Assembly: GCA_965661105.1 (NCBI GenBank)
Contig: CBFICR010000011.1
Location: 569-64,568 of the forward strand
Length of the DNA stretch: 64,000 nt
Direction: 5' to 3'
Source of the DNA: Pseudohongiellaceae bacterium
Lineage (GTDB): Bacteria; Pseudomonadota; Gammaproteobacteria; Pseudomonadales; Pseudohongiellaceae
Both the position numbers and the translations under genes were made by a program. Below are positions 20,971 to 31,088 of this stretch, one piece after another; the first letter of the stretch is position 1; every line of letters begins with the position of its first letter. Under the pieces are notes generated by a model. That model was given only the letters and a program-made list of their open reading frames with translations, did not search any database and was not told the DNA's origin.

Positions 20971-21033
20971 AACAACGTCCATAATCAGCCGCTTTTCCAA
21001 CGCTGCACACTCCTACCGGGATAATAACTTTTC

Positions 21034-21615
21034 ATGATAGACATTACAGATTCAGGCCAAACATATCTAAAACAACTGCTGGACAAACAGGATTGTGAAG
21101 GAATCGCAATACGCGTGTTTGTCCTGGATGGCGGTACGCCCAAGGCGGAAACCTGCATTGCTTTTTGCAGACCCGGAGAAGAAGAGGCTGATGATGAATT
21201 ATTTGAATACACTGGCTTCAATGCTTTCATTGAAGCTAAAAGCAAACAATATCTTGAAGAAGCGGTTGTAGACTTCGCCAAAGACAGCATGGGCGGACAG
21301 CTGACTATTCGTGCTCCCAATTCACGCATGCCAAAAATATCAGAAGACAGTTCCCTGGAAGATCGTATTAATTATATTCTTTATAACGAGATCAATCCGG
21401 GGCTGGCAGCCCATGGTGGATTTATTTCCCTTGAAGAAGTAACTGAAGATTCAGTTGTGGTATTACGTTTCGGTGGTGGATGTCAGGGCTGCGGTATGGT
21501 TGATGTGACGCTGAAAGACGGGGTCGAAAAATCCCTCATGGAACAGCTTCCCCAGATCAAGGAGATCAGGGATGTAACAGACCATACTGTGCAGGAAAAC
21601 GCTTATTACAAGTAA
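21034..21615 (+). CDS. nfuA: Fe-S cluster carrier protein NfuA
   Basis: 193 aa. Degenerate A-type N-domain plus a Nfu C-domain with GGGCQGCGMVDVTLK. Confidence 0.92.
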   Translation: MIDITDSGQTYLKQLLDKQDCEGIAIRVFVLDGGTPKAETCIAFCRPGEEEADDELFEYTGFNAFIEAKSKQYLEEAVVDFAKDSMGGQLTIRAPNSRMPKISEDSSLEDRINYILYNEINPGLAAHGGFISLEEVTEDSVVVLRFGGGCQGCGMVDVTLKDGVEKSLMEQLPQIKEIRDVTDHTVQENAYYK

Positions 21616-21674
21616 GCGCATTGTCATAACCACAGAAGTGTTTACAACCACACAGAAATATAGCGATTAGCAAC

Positions 21675-22427
21675 ATGTCAGCAGTCATTGGAGTAATAGG
21701 AGGCAGCGGCCTGTATACACTTGATGACAATGATGCAGCTAAACCATCCGCTGTAGTTACCCCCTACAGTGACGAACCGGTCACCGTTTTCACAAGCAAT
21801 GTCGCCAGTCACAATGTAGTATTTTTGCCTCGCCATGGCAGCAGCCATGGTACACCTCCCCATCGTGTTAATTATCGTGCCAATCTGCATGCAATGGCAG
21901 AGTGTGGCGTGGATTTCATCATTGCCGTTAACGTTGTGGGGGGGATTTCACAGCAGATGTCACCGGGAACGATAGTTATTCCGGATCAAATTATTGATTA
22001 CACGTGGGGCAGGGAACATACCTACTTTGATAGACTAGAAAAACCGGACAATCACATTGATTTTACCTGGCCCTATGACAAGTCCCTGGCCAAAGTCCTC
22101 GCACAGACTACCTTGTCAATTGGATTGCCGCTGAAATCTGGAGAGGTGGGAGGAGTATATGGCTGTACTCAGGGCCCCAGACTGGAAACTGCGGCTGAAA
22201 TCACACGCATGAAAAATGATGGCTGCGACATCGTCGGTATGACTGCGATGCCGGAAGCAGCCCTGGCACGAGAGTTGGGCATTGCCTATGCAAGTATTGC
22301 CCTGGTGGTAAACTGGGCTGCAGGTTTGACTCAGGAAACAATCTCTTTCGCGGATATTGCATCTACGCTTGATGAAGGAATGGCTGGGATTAAAAGAGTA
22401 TTGTTAGCAACAATTGCTAAACTTTAA
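21675..22427 (+). CDS. S-methyl-5'-thioadenosine / 5'-methylthioinosine phosphorylase (PNP family 2)
   Basis: 250 aa. IGVIGGSGLY start, FLPRHG, and VGMTAMPEAALAREL. Confidence 0.85.
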   Translation: MSAVIGVIGGSGLYTLDDNDAAKPSAVVTPYSDEPVTVFTSNVASHNVVFLPRHGSSHGTPPHRVNYRANLHAMAECGVDFIIAVNVVGGISQQMSPGTIVIPDQIIDYTWGREHTYFDRLEKPDNHIDFTWPYDKSLAKVLAQTTLSIGLPLKSGEVGGVYGCTQGPRLETAAEITRMKNDGCDIVGMTAMPEAALARELGIAYASIALVVNWAAGLTQETISFADIASTLDEGMAGIKRVLLATIAKL

Positions 22428-22435
22428 GTATTTTT

Positions 22436-23410
22436 TCAATCAAAAAAACTGCTTTGCTCCGGCAATTGATATGGTCTTACTTCCACGATAATACCAAGTT
22501 CGGGATGATCCAGGTAATGCAGTTCATTGCTGACCATCGCCCGCATTTGTTCCATAAAAGCAAGGTCTGTAATCGAATATTGATTACCGAAACCAGGGGT
22601 TGGTGATGACGTATCGAGAACAGGGTTATCTGGAAGAGGAGGGAGTTGTCCTGGCGCGTCTTGAGAGCCTGTATCGTCGGGAAAGTCTGAAAAGTCTGAA
22701 AAGTCTGGAAAGTCCAGAGAGTCCAGAGAGTTACCAGATGACAATTCTGCCGCACCGGCAAAAGAAGCCAGCCAGAGTCTTGCTTCCACATCGACACGAT
22801 TTACGTCATAGCTGAAACGCAAACTCCCTTCCAGCTCATAATGATTTCCATATTGATCCCCTCCCTGAATATAAATTCCTGTGCTTTGAATACGGTTAAG
22901 CACTGGCTGGCGCCATACCGCATGAAAAAGCAGACGGTGATCTGGAGACTGGTCTATCTTCTCGTTATACCCCATAAATCTGGCAGCTTGACTGCCAAGT
23001 GCTATGAAGGGATCGCGATTAAAATCGGTGATACGAAAATCTCCACTGGCTGAATAATTTTTGGGCCCAATAAAACCTGGAGAACTTGACGATGGTGCGA
23101 TCGAGGCCTGTTGAACCCCGATCAAGGCATCGGACAACACAAAGGCCGTGTTGTTTTCGGCAAAAGGAACCTGGTAAATTTTGCTTGCAGGTATGAGGGT
23201 TCTGGACGGATCAAAATAGCTTAGCGACATTTTATCTGGAATGACAAGTTCGTTATTCTCATCAAAGCTTTCGTTAGCAAAAATGCTGACTTCAATTTCG
23301 TACCAGCGATTCCCGTCATAGCTAAATGTTTGAGCCATAGCAGGTGTTGTAACAGTCAGAAAGCAGGCTGTTGCAAGGATTGTATAGCCGATAATTGTGC
23401 TTGTATGCAT
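22436..23410 (-). CDS. csiV: CsiV-like periplasmic protein (signal peptide, acidic repeat linker)
   Basis: 324 aa. Signal peptide MHTSTIIGYTILATACFLTVTTPAMA, then the family-typical RWYEIEVSIF motif. Lies next to mfd, as I recall for csiV homologues. Confidence 0.65.
   Translation of the reverse strand: MHTSTIIGYTILATACFLTVTTPAMAQTFSYDGNRWYEIEVSIFANESFDENNELVIPDKMSLSYFDPSRTLIPASKIYQVPFAENNTAFVLSDALIGVQQASIAPSSSSPGFIGPKNYSASGDFRITDFNRDPFIALGSQAARFMGYNEKIDQSPDHRLLFHAVWRQPVLNRIQSTGIYIQGGDQYGNHYELEGSLRFSYDVNRVDVEARLWLASFAGAAELSSGNSLDSLDFPDFSDFSDFPDDTGSQDAPGQLPPLPDNPVLDTSSPTPGFGNQYSITDLAFMEQMRAMVSNELHYLDHPELGIIVEVRPYQLPEQSSFFD
22680..22733. repeat. Six tandem 9-bp units inside the CsiV-like CDS, in frame
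   Basis: Plus strand reads ggaaagtct, gaaaagtct, gaaaagtct, ggaaagtcc, agagagtcc, agagagtta. These encode ...NSLDSLDFPDFSDFSDFPDD... on the minus strand. Confidence 0.85.
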
Positions 23411-23414
23411 AAGC

Positions 23415-26400
23415 TCAGGCTACCTCAAGTGGCTCTGGAGTTAAAGTATTCAGTAATTGTTTAACAAAAGCGATGCGCTCACGCGCATCGTCAAGGTCAT
23501 GCCTGAACTTCAATTCTGTAGCGCCACTGAGAGAGTAAACCCGTGAGTTATCCTGAACCAGTTTGACAATGGAATATGGGTCAACCTCAGTATCATTATT
23601 GAATATTACTTTGCCAAACCTGGCGTTGGCTTCGATCTTTTGTATACCAAGGGATTCGGCATATAGTTTAAGCAGCGTCACTTCAAACAGAAGTTTGCCG
23701 GCTTCTGGTAAAAGTCCGAAACGATCAATCATTTCAATTTTCAAGCCCTCAAGCTCGCGTTTATCAACTGCATTGGCAATGCGTTTGTACATCATTAAAC
23801 GAATATGTACATCCGGCAGATATTGTTCAGGAATAAGTGCGGGTATGTGAAGATTGATTTCCACGCTTGCCTGTATGGGCCTGTTCAGGTCGGGGTGCTT
23901 GCCTTGTCTCATCAGTTTGACGGTATGCTCAAGCATTTCACTATAAAGAGAGAAACCAATAGTCTGGATGTGACCGCTTTGTTCATCTCCCAGCAATTCT
24001 CCTGCGCCACGTATTTCAAGGTCATGACTTGCCAGAACGAAACCGGCCCCAAGGGTATTTGCGGAGCCAATAGCATCAAGACGCTTTAATGCATCAGCAC
24101 TCATGGATTTCGGGTGCGGCGTAAGAAGATAGGCATAGGCCTGGTGATGGGAACGACCAACTCTGCCGCGTAATTGATGTAATTGTGCCAGTCCGAACTT
24201 ATCAGCACGCTCGACAATAATAGTATTGGCAGTTGGAACATCAATGCCGGTTTCTATAATGGTAGAGCAAACCAGTACGTTATAGCGGCGATGATAAAAA
24301 TCCGACATTATCTTTTCCAGACGGCTTTCCCTGAGCTGGCCATGGCCAACACAAACATTCGCCTCAGGTAATAAGGCACGAATATCATCTGCAGTTTTCT
24401 CGATGGTTTTAACCTCATTATGCAGATAAAAAACCTGACCACCGCGCAATAGTTCACGCTGGATAGCTTCCTTGAGAAGCGCATCTGACGACTCACGCAC
24501 AAAGGTTTTAACAGACAATCTTCTTGCTGGTGGTGTCGCAATGATGGAAAGGTCCCTGATGCCTGACATGGCCATGTTCAGCGTTCTTGGAATAGGTGTC
24601 GCCGTTAACGTAAGAATATCCACGTTGGCTCGCAGGGATTTCAGCTTTTCTTTTTGACGCACCCCAAATCGATGTTCTTCATCAATAATGAGTAGCCCCA
24701 GGTTTTTGTATTTAACATCAGCCTGTAAAAGCTTATGCGTCCCTATAACAATATCTATGGTACCGGACTCCAGCTCTTTCAGGTTTTCACCATGCTTTTT
24801 GCCGCTGACAAAACGTGACATCAGGCCAATATTTATTGGCCAGTCAGCAAAGCGATCCTTGAAATTATCATAGTGTTGCTGGGCGAGGAGGGTAGTAGGT
24901 ACAAGAATCACCACCTGGGTGTTATTACTGACCGCAATGAAAGCGGCGCGGATTGCCACTTCGGTTTTACCAAATCCTACGTCACCGCAGACAAGGCGAT
25001 CCATGGCTCGTTCACTTTGCAAATCAGCGACAACGGCATCAATAGTTTCTTTCTGGTCTTCCGTTTCTTCAAATGGAAAGGCATTGGCAAAAACCCGATA
25101 ATCTTCTTTCGGGATTTTAAAGCTGGTGCCTTTTTGCGCTTCTCTGCGCGCGTATACGTCGAGTAATTCTGCAGCAACATCAATTACTTTTTCTGCGGCT
25201 TTTCGTTTGGCTTTTTCCCACTGATCACTGCCTAGTTTGCTCAGCGGCGCATGGTCGGCATCAGCTCCGCTGTATCGGTTAATAAGGTGCAATGAGGAAA
25301 CCGGCACATAAAGCTTTGCTTCATCTGCATATTCAAGCACCAGAAATTCAGTGAGCTGTTCTTCTACTTCAAATGTTTGCAGTCCCCGATAACGACCAAT
25401 ACCGTGATCGATATGAACAACGGGGGCGCCAATATGAAGCTCGGACAAACTCTTGATAATAAAGTCGGCATTATCGGTGAATTTTCCGCGACGCCTGGGT
25501 TGGCTTACATGATCAGCAAATAACTGACTTTCTGTTATCAGGATATAGCCTGGATCATCCAGCCAGATGCCGTATTCAAGTGGGGCTACGGTAATGGCAA
25601 GTGAGGGCATATCGGTCTTAAATTTTTGCCAGCTATCAATACTCTCGGCACGAATATTTATGGTTTGTAATAAATCCAGCAAGGCTTCACGCCTGCCGGG
25701 GGAGTCTGCACAAAACAGAACGGGGATCCCGGACACTGACTTAAGAAAGTGCTGGAGTTTGTGAAGTGGGTTTTCTTTCTTATGTTCTATATCGATATCA
25801 GGAACGGGGAGAACAGGTAAAGTTGACTGGCTGTTTTCTGCCGCTATGGCGCGTAAATTTACCTGGGCATAATTATTACAGGCTGCAAACAGCCGATCAG
25901 TAGGGAGAAACAGTTTATCCGGTTCCAGCAGGGGGCGTTCAGGGTCTACTTTGCGGTCTTCAAAACGCAGGTTTACGTCATGCCAGAACAACTCTGCAGC
26001 CTCATGCACTTCTCCGACAGTAAAGATAGTCGTATGCACGGGCAGATAATCAAACAAGCTGCTCAGCCCATCGAAAAACAGAGGCAAATAATACTCAATG
26101 CCCGCTACTGAATTGCCTTTGGAAATATCTTCATAGAGGGGGCATTTTCTGACATCGATATCAAAAGCTTCACGGAAGTTTTGTCTAAAGGTACTGATTC
26201 CCTGTTCAGTAAGAGGAAACTCCTTTCCGGGTAGCAGCTTTACCGACTGGATTTTATCCCTGGAGAGCTGTGTCTCGGCATCAAAGTGGCGCAGACTTTC
26301 AATGTCGTCATCAAATAACTCAATACGGACTGGCTGGGTTCCTCCCATGGGAAAAATATCCATGATGGAACCGCGTACAGCAAATTCCCCATGTTCATAG

Positions 26401-26879
26401 ACCGACTCAACGCAGAGATAACCAGCTGATTCCAGTTCCCGGCGCATTTTCTCCAGATTAAGCTGCTGACCGACTTCAAGGCTGAGGCTCATTGACTTTA
26501 TATAGCTGGCCGGCACCAGTCGGTGCATCAGGGTGCTCACTGGAATAATCAGCAGGGCATCGCTGGCATCCTTGATTTTCGACAATGTGGTAAGGCGCTT
26601 GGAAATAATATCCTGGTGCGGAGAGAAATTGTCATAGGGAAGAATCTCCCAGTCAGGAAACTCCAGCAGGTGAATCCTGTCCCCACAGAAGAATGCTGTT
26701 TCTTGTTGTAAACGCTCAGCTTGCTGGGAGTTTTCAGTAATAACGACCGTGAGCCCGCCACTTTGCTCAGCATGGTTAGCCAATACCAGGCTGCCACCGG
26801 CACCTGCCATGCCATCCCAACGTTGTTTGTCGCCTGCGCCGCAGAGGCGGGGAAGGTCATGCAATTGCAACTTTTTCAT
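23415..26879 (-). CDS. mfd: Transcription-repair coupling factor Mfd
   Basis: The ORF is open to a TTG at 26906. The ATG at 26879 (MKKLQLHDLP...) aligns better with known Mfd N-termini. Walker A CGDVGFGKTEVA, DEEH box LLIIDEEHRFG, and a TRG/translocation region. Confidence 0.95.
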   Translation of the reverse strand: MKKLQLHDLPRLCGAGDKQRWDGMAGAGGSLVLANHAEQSGGLTVVITENSQQAERLQQETAFFCGDRIHLLEFPDWEILPYDNFSPHQDIISKRLTTLSKIKDASDALLIIPVSTLMHRLVPASYIKSMSLSLEVGQQLNLEKMRRELESAGYLCVESVYEHGEFAVRGSIMDIFPMGGTQPVRIELFDDDIESLRHFDAETQLSRDKIQSVKLLPGKEFPLTEQGISTFRQNFREAFDIDVRKCPLYEDISKGNSVAGIEYYLPLFFDGLSSLFDYLPVHTTIFTVGEVHEAAELFWHDVNLRFEDRKVDPERPLLEPDKLFLPTDRLFAACNNYAQVNLRAIAAENSQSTLPVLPVPDIDIEHKKENPLHKLQHFLKSVSGIPVLFCADSPGRREALLDLLQTINIRAESIDSWQKFKTDMPSLAITVAPLEYGIWLDDPGYILITESQLFADHVSQPRRRGKFTDNADFIIKSLSELHIGAPVVHIDHGIGRYRGLQTFEVEEQLTEFLVLEYADEAKLYVPVSSLHLINRYSGADADHAPLSKLGSDQWEKAKRKAAEKVIDVAAELLDVYARREAQKGTSFKIPKEDYRVFANAFPFEETEDQKETIDAVVADLQSERAMDRLVCGDVGFGKTEVAIRAAFIAVSNNTQVVILVPTTLLAQQHYDNFKDRFADWPINIGLMSRFVSGKKHGENLKELESGTIDIVIGTHKLLQADVKYKNLGLLIIDEEHRFGVRQKEKLKSLRANVDILTLTATPIPRTLNMAMSGIRDLSIIATPPARRLSVKTFVRESSDALLKEAIQRELLRGGQVFYLHNEVKTIEKTADDIRALLPEANVCVGHGQLRESRLEKIMSDFYHRRYNVLVCSTIIETGIDVPTANTIIVERADKFGLAQLHQLRGRVGRSHHQAYAYLLTPHPKSMSADALKRLDAIGSANTLGAGFVLASHDLEIRGAGELLGDEQSGHIQTIGFSLYSEMLEHTVKLMRQGKHPDLNRPIQASVEINLHIPALIPEQYLPDVHIRLMMYKRIANAVDKRELEGLKIEMIDRFGLLPEAGKLLFEVTLLKLYAESLGIQKIEANARFGKVIFNNDTEVDPYSIVKLVQDNSRVYSLSGATELKFRHDLDDARERIAFVKQLLNTLTPEPLEVA

Positions 26880-27055
26880 AAGTCTCTTTCTGGAGTTAAT
26901 AGACAATATCAGGCGAAGCCTGGAAGAAATTTAACAGCGCGCAGAGGATGATTCTGCCGGCAAACTATTAACGACCCCAGATAATGGACTTCTCTTGCGC
27001 ATCCTTGGATAATACGCGCCTCATTTTCAACCAGAATTTTACAGGAAAACAAACC

Positions 27056-28528
27056 GTGGAACGACCAAGTGTAGACGACTATTTTGGTGACTGGAAAGCA
27101 CGAGAGGCTCTGGCCCAGGAAATGCTTCCAATCATGGGCAAACTTGAAAATGAAAAGGGGGTGCAGATCTTCCTGTATGGCCGTACTCTGAATAACCGCT
27201 CGGTGGCTAATATCATGAAGTCTCACCGACGTGTGCGGGAAGTGGCTCGTAACGAACTTTCCGAGTTTGAAAGTAGCCTGGTGCTCAAAGCCCTGGCAAA
27301 ACTTCCCCTGTGCCCTGCGCAGATCGACCTGGGGAAACTCACCGTCAGCTATATGGAAGCCCTTGAAAAAGACCCGGGTGTGGACATTGATGCACTGGTA
27401 GCCAGCGAACTTGGTCACCTGATTGGTATTGATTACAAGCCGGTAAAGAAGCCTACTGACATCATTCTCTATGGATTTGGTCGAATCGGACGTCTAGTAA
27501 CACGGCTTCTTATAGAGCAAACCGGCAATGGCCAGCTCATGCGCTTGCGAGCAATCGTCGTCAGGAAGGCTGGAGACGGCGATCTTGAAAAACGCGTGAA
27601 CCTGCTGCGTAATGATACCGTGCATGGCACTTTTTCAGGCACGGTGCGCATTGACGAAGAAAATAACCGCATTATCGCCAACGGCAATGTAATTCAGATC
27701 ATTTACGCCAATTCACCTGACTCAATTGATTACACTGAATATGGCATTGAGGACGCGCTGGTTATCGATAACACCGGCATCTGGCGTGATGAAGAAGCCC
27801 TTGGACAGCATCTGAAGTCGAAAGGCGTTAGTAAGGTAATGCTAACCGCCCCGGGTAAGGGAAATCTTAAAAACATCGTGTTTGGCATTAATGACAACAC
27901 TATTACTCCGGAAGACAAGATTATTTCCGCTGCCTCCTGTACTACCAATGCGATTGCGCCAGTACTAAAACAAATCAATGACAAGTACGGCATCGTCCAC
28001 GGACATGTGGAAACTGTGCATGCCTATACCAATGACCAGAACCTGATTGATAATTTTCATAAGGCTGACCGTCGTGGCCGCAGTGCGCCGCTGAACATGG
28101 TGCTGACTGAGACTGGCGCTGCAAAAGCCGTCTCCAAAGCCGTACCGGAACTGGAAGGCAAGCTGACTGGTAATGCTGTCAGGGTGCCGGTGGCGAACGT
28201 TTCAATCGCCATTTTGAACCTCACGCTGCTGACCAAGTCCAGTGTCGAGGAAATCAATGAGTACCTGAGAAATTTCGCTCTCTACTCGCCACTGCAAAAC
28301 CAGATTGGCTATACAGAATCACCGGATGCTGTTTCCAGTGACTTTATTGGCTCGCGCGAAGCCTGTACCGTTGATGCCACCGCCACCAAGGTGAATGGCA
28401 AAAACATGATTCTTTACCTGTGGTATGACAATGAATATGGCTACAGTGCGCAGGTGGTCAGAATGGTCAATATGATGGCAGGCGTGAAGTTCCTGACTTA
28501 TCCGGAAAATGTTTTCATGGCCTACTAG
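27056..28528 (+). CDS. gap: Long-form glyceraldehyde-3-phosphate dehydrogenase with an N-terminal extension of about 135 aa
   Basis: The ORF is open from the ATG at 26984. The GTG at 27056 has AGGA upstream and gives about 490 aa. Rossmann start ILYGFGRIGR appears only at about residue 136; catalytic SAASCTTNAIAP. Divergent from mfd. Confidence 0.88.
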   Translation: MERPSVDDYFGDWKAREALAQEMLPIMGKLENEKGVQIFLYGRTLNNRSVANIMKSHRRVREVARNELSEFESSLVLKALAKLPLCPAQIDLGKLTVSYMEALEKDPGVDIDALVASELGHLIGIDYKPVKKPTDIILYGFGRIGRLVTRLLIEQTGNGQLMRLRAIVVRKAGDGDLEKRVNLLRNDTVHGTFSGTVRIDEENNRIIANGNVIQIIYANSPDSIDYTEYGIEDALVIDNTGIWRDEEALGQHLKSKGVSKVMLTAPGKGNLKNIVFGINDNTITPEDKIISAASCTTNAIAPVLKQINDKYGIVHGHVETVHAYTNDQNLIDNFHKADRRGRSAPLNMVLTETGAAKAVSKAVPELEGKLTGNAVRVPVANVSIAILNLTLLTKSSVEEINEYLRNFALYSPLQNQIGYTESPDAVSSDFIGSREACTVDATATKVNGKNMILYLWYDNEYGYSAQVVRMVNMMAGVKFLTYPENVFMAY

Positions 28529-28529
28529 A

Positions 28530-29600
28530 ATGAAACAAGCCGACAGTGTTGCCAGCAGGGGACAGTCGGCTTATTTCGTTGTTGTTTTTAGCTGTTTTTT
28601 TATTGCTGCGATAATTGTTGCGGCAAAATCACCCGGTAATTCTCTACTGGTGCTCAATGGGTATACCATGGGCACCGGTTACCGCGTGCTCCTTCATACT
28701 TCATCCCTGGCTTCGCCTGACTCAAGACAGCTGGTGGAAACGGCTATCAATAAAAAGCTTCATAGTCTGGATAAGGAAATTTTTTCCACTTACGAGCCAA
28801 CATCAGAGCTATCAGTTCTGAACCGCACACCTGTCGGCAAATCTCTCCGGGTCTCTGCCGATCTGGCCCATGTAATTGAATTTTCCAAGCTCATCCATGA
28901 AAAATCAGCAGGAGCATTTGATGTCAGCCTCAAACCTGTTGTTGATTTATGGGGTTTTGGCGCGACCAATACCGTCAGGGAAATACCAGGTCAGACTATG
29001 CTTGAGCAGGCACTGGCACAAATCGATATGAGTGCTGTTGACGTCGTCAGGAAAGACGATAATTTTGCTGTGACCCTGCATAAAGCCGTGACTATTGATT
29101 TATCCGCACTTGCCAAAGGCTATGCAGTAGATCAACTGGCCTTGCTACTGGAATCCCTTGGTCATCAAAACTACCTTGTCGAAATAGGTGGAGAAGTGAT
29201 CAGCAAGGGGCTCAGCCCGGATGGTAATTACTGGCGTGTTGGCATTGAGCGGCCGGTTCAGGATCAGCATGAACTGTTCCAGCAGATTACAGGAAGCTCT
29301 GCAAAGGTGGCGATTGCCTCATCAGGGAGCTATCAGAATTATTTCCTTATTAATGGTTTGCGTTATTCCCACGCTATAAACCCGGCTACCGGTTGGCCCG
29401 TAAATCACAACCTGGTCTCTGTCACTGTTGTGGAGAGTTCTGCCATGGCTGCTGATGCCTGGGCAACGGCCTTGCTGATTCTTGGCACAGAAGAAGGCAT
29501 GGGGCTGGCAAATGCTTTACAATTACCCGTGTTTTTTATCGTTGAAGACAAGACGGGATTTTCTGGTCTTCCTTCAGACGCGTTCAAAAGATATTTGTAA
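28530..29600 (+). CDS. apbE: FAD:protein FMN transferase ApbE
   Basis: The ORF is open from 28509, overlapping the gap stop; the ATG at 28530 is preferred. N-terminal TM anchor, then GYTMGTGYRV, ALAKGYAVD and SSGSYQNYF motifs. Confidence 0.85.
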   Translation: MKQADSVASRGQSAYFVVVFSCFFIAAIIVAAKSPGNSLLVLNGYTMGTGYRVLLHTSSLASPDSRQLVETAINKKLHSLDKEIFSTYEPTSELSVLNRTPVGKSLRVSADLAHVIEFSKLIHEKSAGAFDVSLKPVVDLWGFGATNTVREIPGQTMLEQALAQIDMSAVDVVRKDDNFAVTLHKAVTIDLSALAKGYAVDQLALLLESLGHQNYLVEIGGEVISKGLSPDGNYWRVGIERPVQDQHELFQQITGSSAKVAIASSGSYQNYFLINGLRYSHAINPATGWPVNHNLVSVTVVESSAMAADAWATALLILGTEEGMGLANALQLPVFFIVEDKTGFSGLPSDAFKRYL

Positions 29601-29648
29601 ACTACTTAAAGGCTCCCAAGCATTATTCAAAGGGTATTTAATTCAACT

Positions 29649-31088
29649 ATGGCCAAGGCAAAAAAGACAACAGCAAAAAAAGCACGAAAATCACAAAAAC
29701 CACAAACCAAGTTTGATCTTCTGGTCATTGGTAGTGGTCCTGCCGGCGAAGCTGCCGCAATGAACGCAGCCAAAGCCGGCAAAAAAGTTGCCATGATAAG
29801 TGATGATGCCCGGCCTGGAGGAAACTGTACCTTCCTTGGAACGATTCCTTCAAAAGCTATTCGTTATTCTGTAAAGCAGGTTATTCACTTTCAGAGCAAT
29901 CCTCTCCTGCGCGCCCTGGGCGATATGAAGAAACTGACTTTCGAACAGGCTCTTGCCCATGCCGAGCGGGTGATGAGTGAACAAAGTCAATCCAGGCTGG
30001 ATGCCTATCAGCGCAATAATGTCCCTATATTTGCCGGGGTAGCGAGTTTTCTGAATGAACGGCAGGTAGAGCTGGTGGAAGGCAAAAGCAAAACCCGGCT
30101 TGAAGCAGATAATTTCATAATAGCGACGGGTTCAAGACCCTATCGTCCTGCTGAAGTAGATTTTACCCATCCGCTGGTGTTTGACAGTGACACTATTCTT
30201 CAGTTGAAAAGCACCCCGAAGAAAATCACTATTATTGGCGCTGGTGTGATTGGCTGTGAATATGCCTCTATTTTTGGTGGCATGAAAATAAAAGTAGAGC
30301 TAATTAATCCCGCCGAGTCATTACTGTCCTACCTGGATACTGAAATAAGTGATGCATTGAGCTACCACTTGCAGAACATGGGTGTTCGCTGCCGCCACCA
30401 GGAACACTTTCAGAAGCTTGAATACCATGATGACCATGTGGTGACTTACCTGGAATCCGGAAAGAAAATAAAAAGTGATATTTTGCTGTGGGCAAATGGG
30501 CGTACGGGTAACACCGATCGCCTGAATCTTGCTGCCATTGGCCTTGAAGCAGACGGTCGCGGCAGACTTGAGGTGAACAATAAATATCAGACGGCAGTAA
30601 ACAATGTCTATGCAGCGGGTGATGTGATTGGCTGGCCATCTCTGGCCAGTTCTTCCTATGATCAGGGCAGGGCAGCCTCAAATGCCATTATAGACCCCGA
30701 TGAATTTCACTATGTTAAGGACGTCGCTACCGGCATCTATACCATCCCTGAAATCAGTACTGTAGGTTATACCGAGCAGGAACTGACCAGGAAAAAAATT
30801 CCCTATGAGGTTGGCAAGGCGTTTTTCCGGAATATTGCCCGCGCCCAGATTACCGGTGACGAAGTAGGCATGCTGAAAATCATTTTCCATTTCGACACAC
30901 TGGAGATCCTTGGTATCCATTGTTTTGGCGACCAGGCGTCAGAGATTGTGCATATTGGTCAGGCCATCATGAACCAGCGTGGCAAGGCCAACACACTGAA
31001 GTATTTTATAAACACGACCTTTAACTATCCGACCATGGCAGAGGCCTACAAGGTGGCGGCTCTGAACGGAATTAACAGGTTATTTTAA
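29649..31088 (+). CDS. sthA: Soluble pyridine nucleotide transhydrogenase
   Basis: 479 aa. FAD fold [15 protein letters not shown] fold [13 protein letters not shown], and [11 protein letters not shown] close to E. coli SthA. Has an extra Lys-rich 21-aa N-terminus. Confidence 0.9.
   Translation: MAKAKKTTAKKARKSQKPQTKFDLLVIGSGPAGEAAAMNAAKAGKKVAMISDDARPGGNCTFLGTIPSKAIRYSVKQVIHFQSNPLLRALGDMKKLTFEQALAHAERVMSEQSQSRLDAYQRNNVPIFAGVASFLNERQVELVEGKSKTRLEADNFIIATGSRPYRPAEVDFTHPLVFDSDTILQLKSTPKKITIIGAGVIGCEYASIFGGMKIKVELINPAESLLSYLDTEISDALSYHLQNMGVRCRHQEHFQKLEYHDDHVVTYLESGKKIKSDILLWANGRTGNTDRLNLAAIGLEADGRGRLEVNNKYQTAVNNVYAAGDVIGWPSLASSSYDQGRAASNAIIDPDEFHYVKDVATGIYTIPEISTVGYTEQELTRKKIPYEVGKAFFRNIARAQITGDEVGMLKIIFHFDTLEILGIHCFGDQASEIVHIGQAIMNQRGKANTLKYFINTTFNYPTMAEAYKVAALNGINRLF

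Noticed and set aside
20857-21037. Two small ORFs crossing the 12-bp repeat array: plus strand 20921-21037 (38 aa, MTSRVISKVISKV..., its TGA overlapping the nfuA ATG) and minus strand 20857-20982 (41 aa, ...TFEITFEITLEV...)
   Set aside because: Their repetitive peptides simply mirror the DNA repeat, and neither has a Shine-Dalgarno sequence. I interpret the array as a DNA-level feature. A uORF coupled to nfuA cannot be fully excluded without Ribo-seq.
20923-22733. Resemblance between the 'DFESDFEGDFESDY' reading of the intergenic 12-bp array and the 'DFPDFSDFSDFPDD' repeat of the CsiV-like protein
   Set aside because: The unit lengths differ (12 against 9 bp) and the nucleotide sequences differ. 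The intergenic frame is closed by a stop immediately upstream and has no start. This is most likely coincidence rather than a decayed paralogue.
26909-27418. 169-aa minus-strand ORF overlapping the mfd-gap intergenic region and the 5' end of the GAPDH gene
   Set aside because: It overlaps the GAPDH N-terminal extension on the opposite strand. The plus-strand frame runs continuously into a bona fide GAPDH, and the minus-strand product has no recognisable features.
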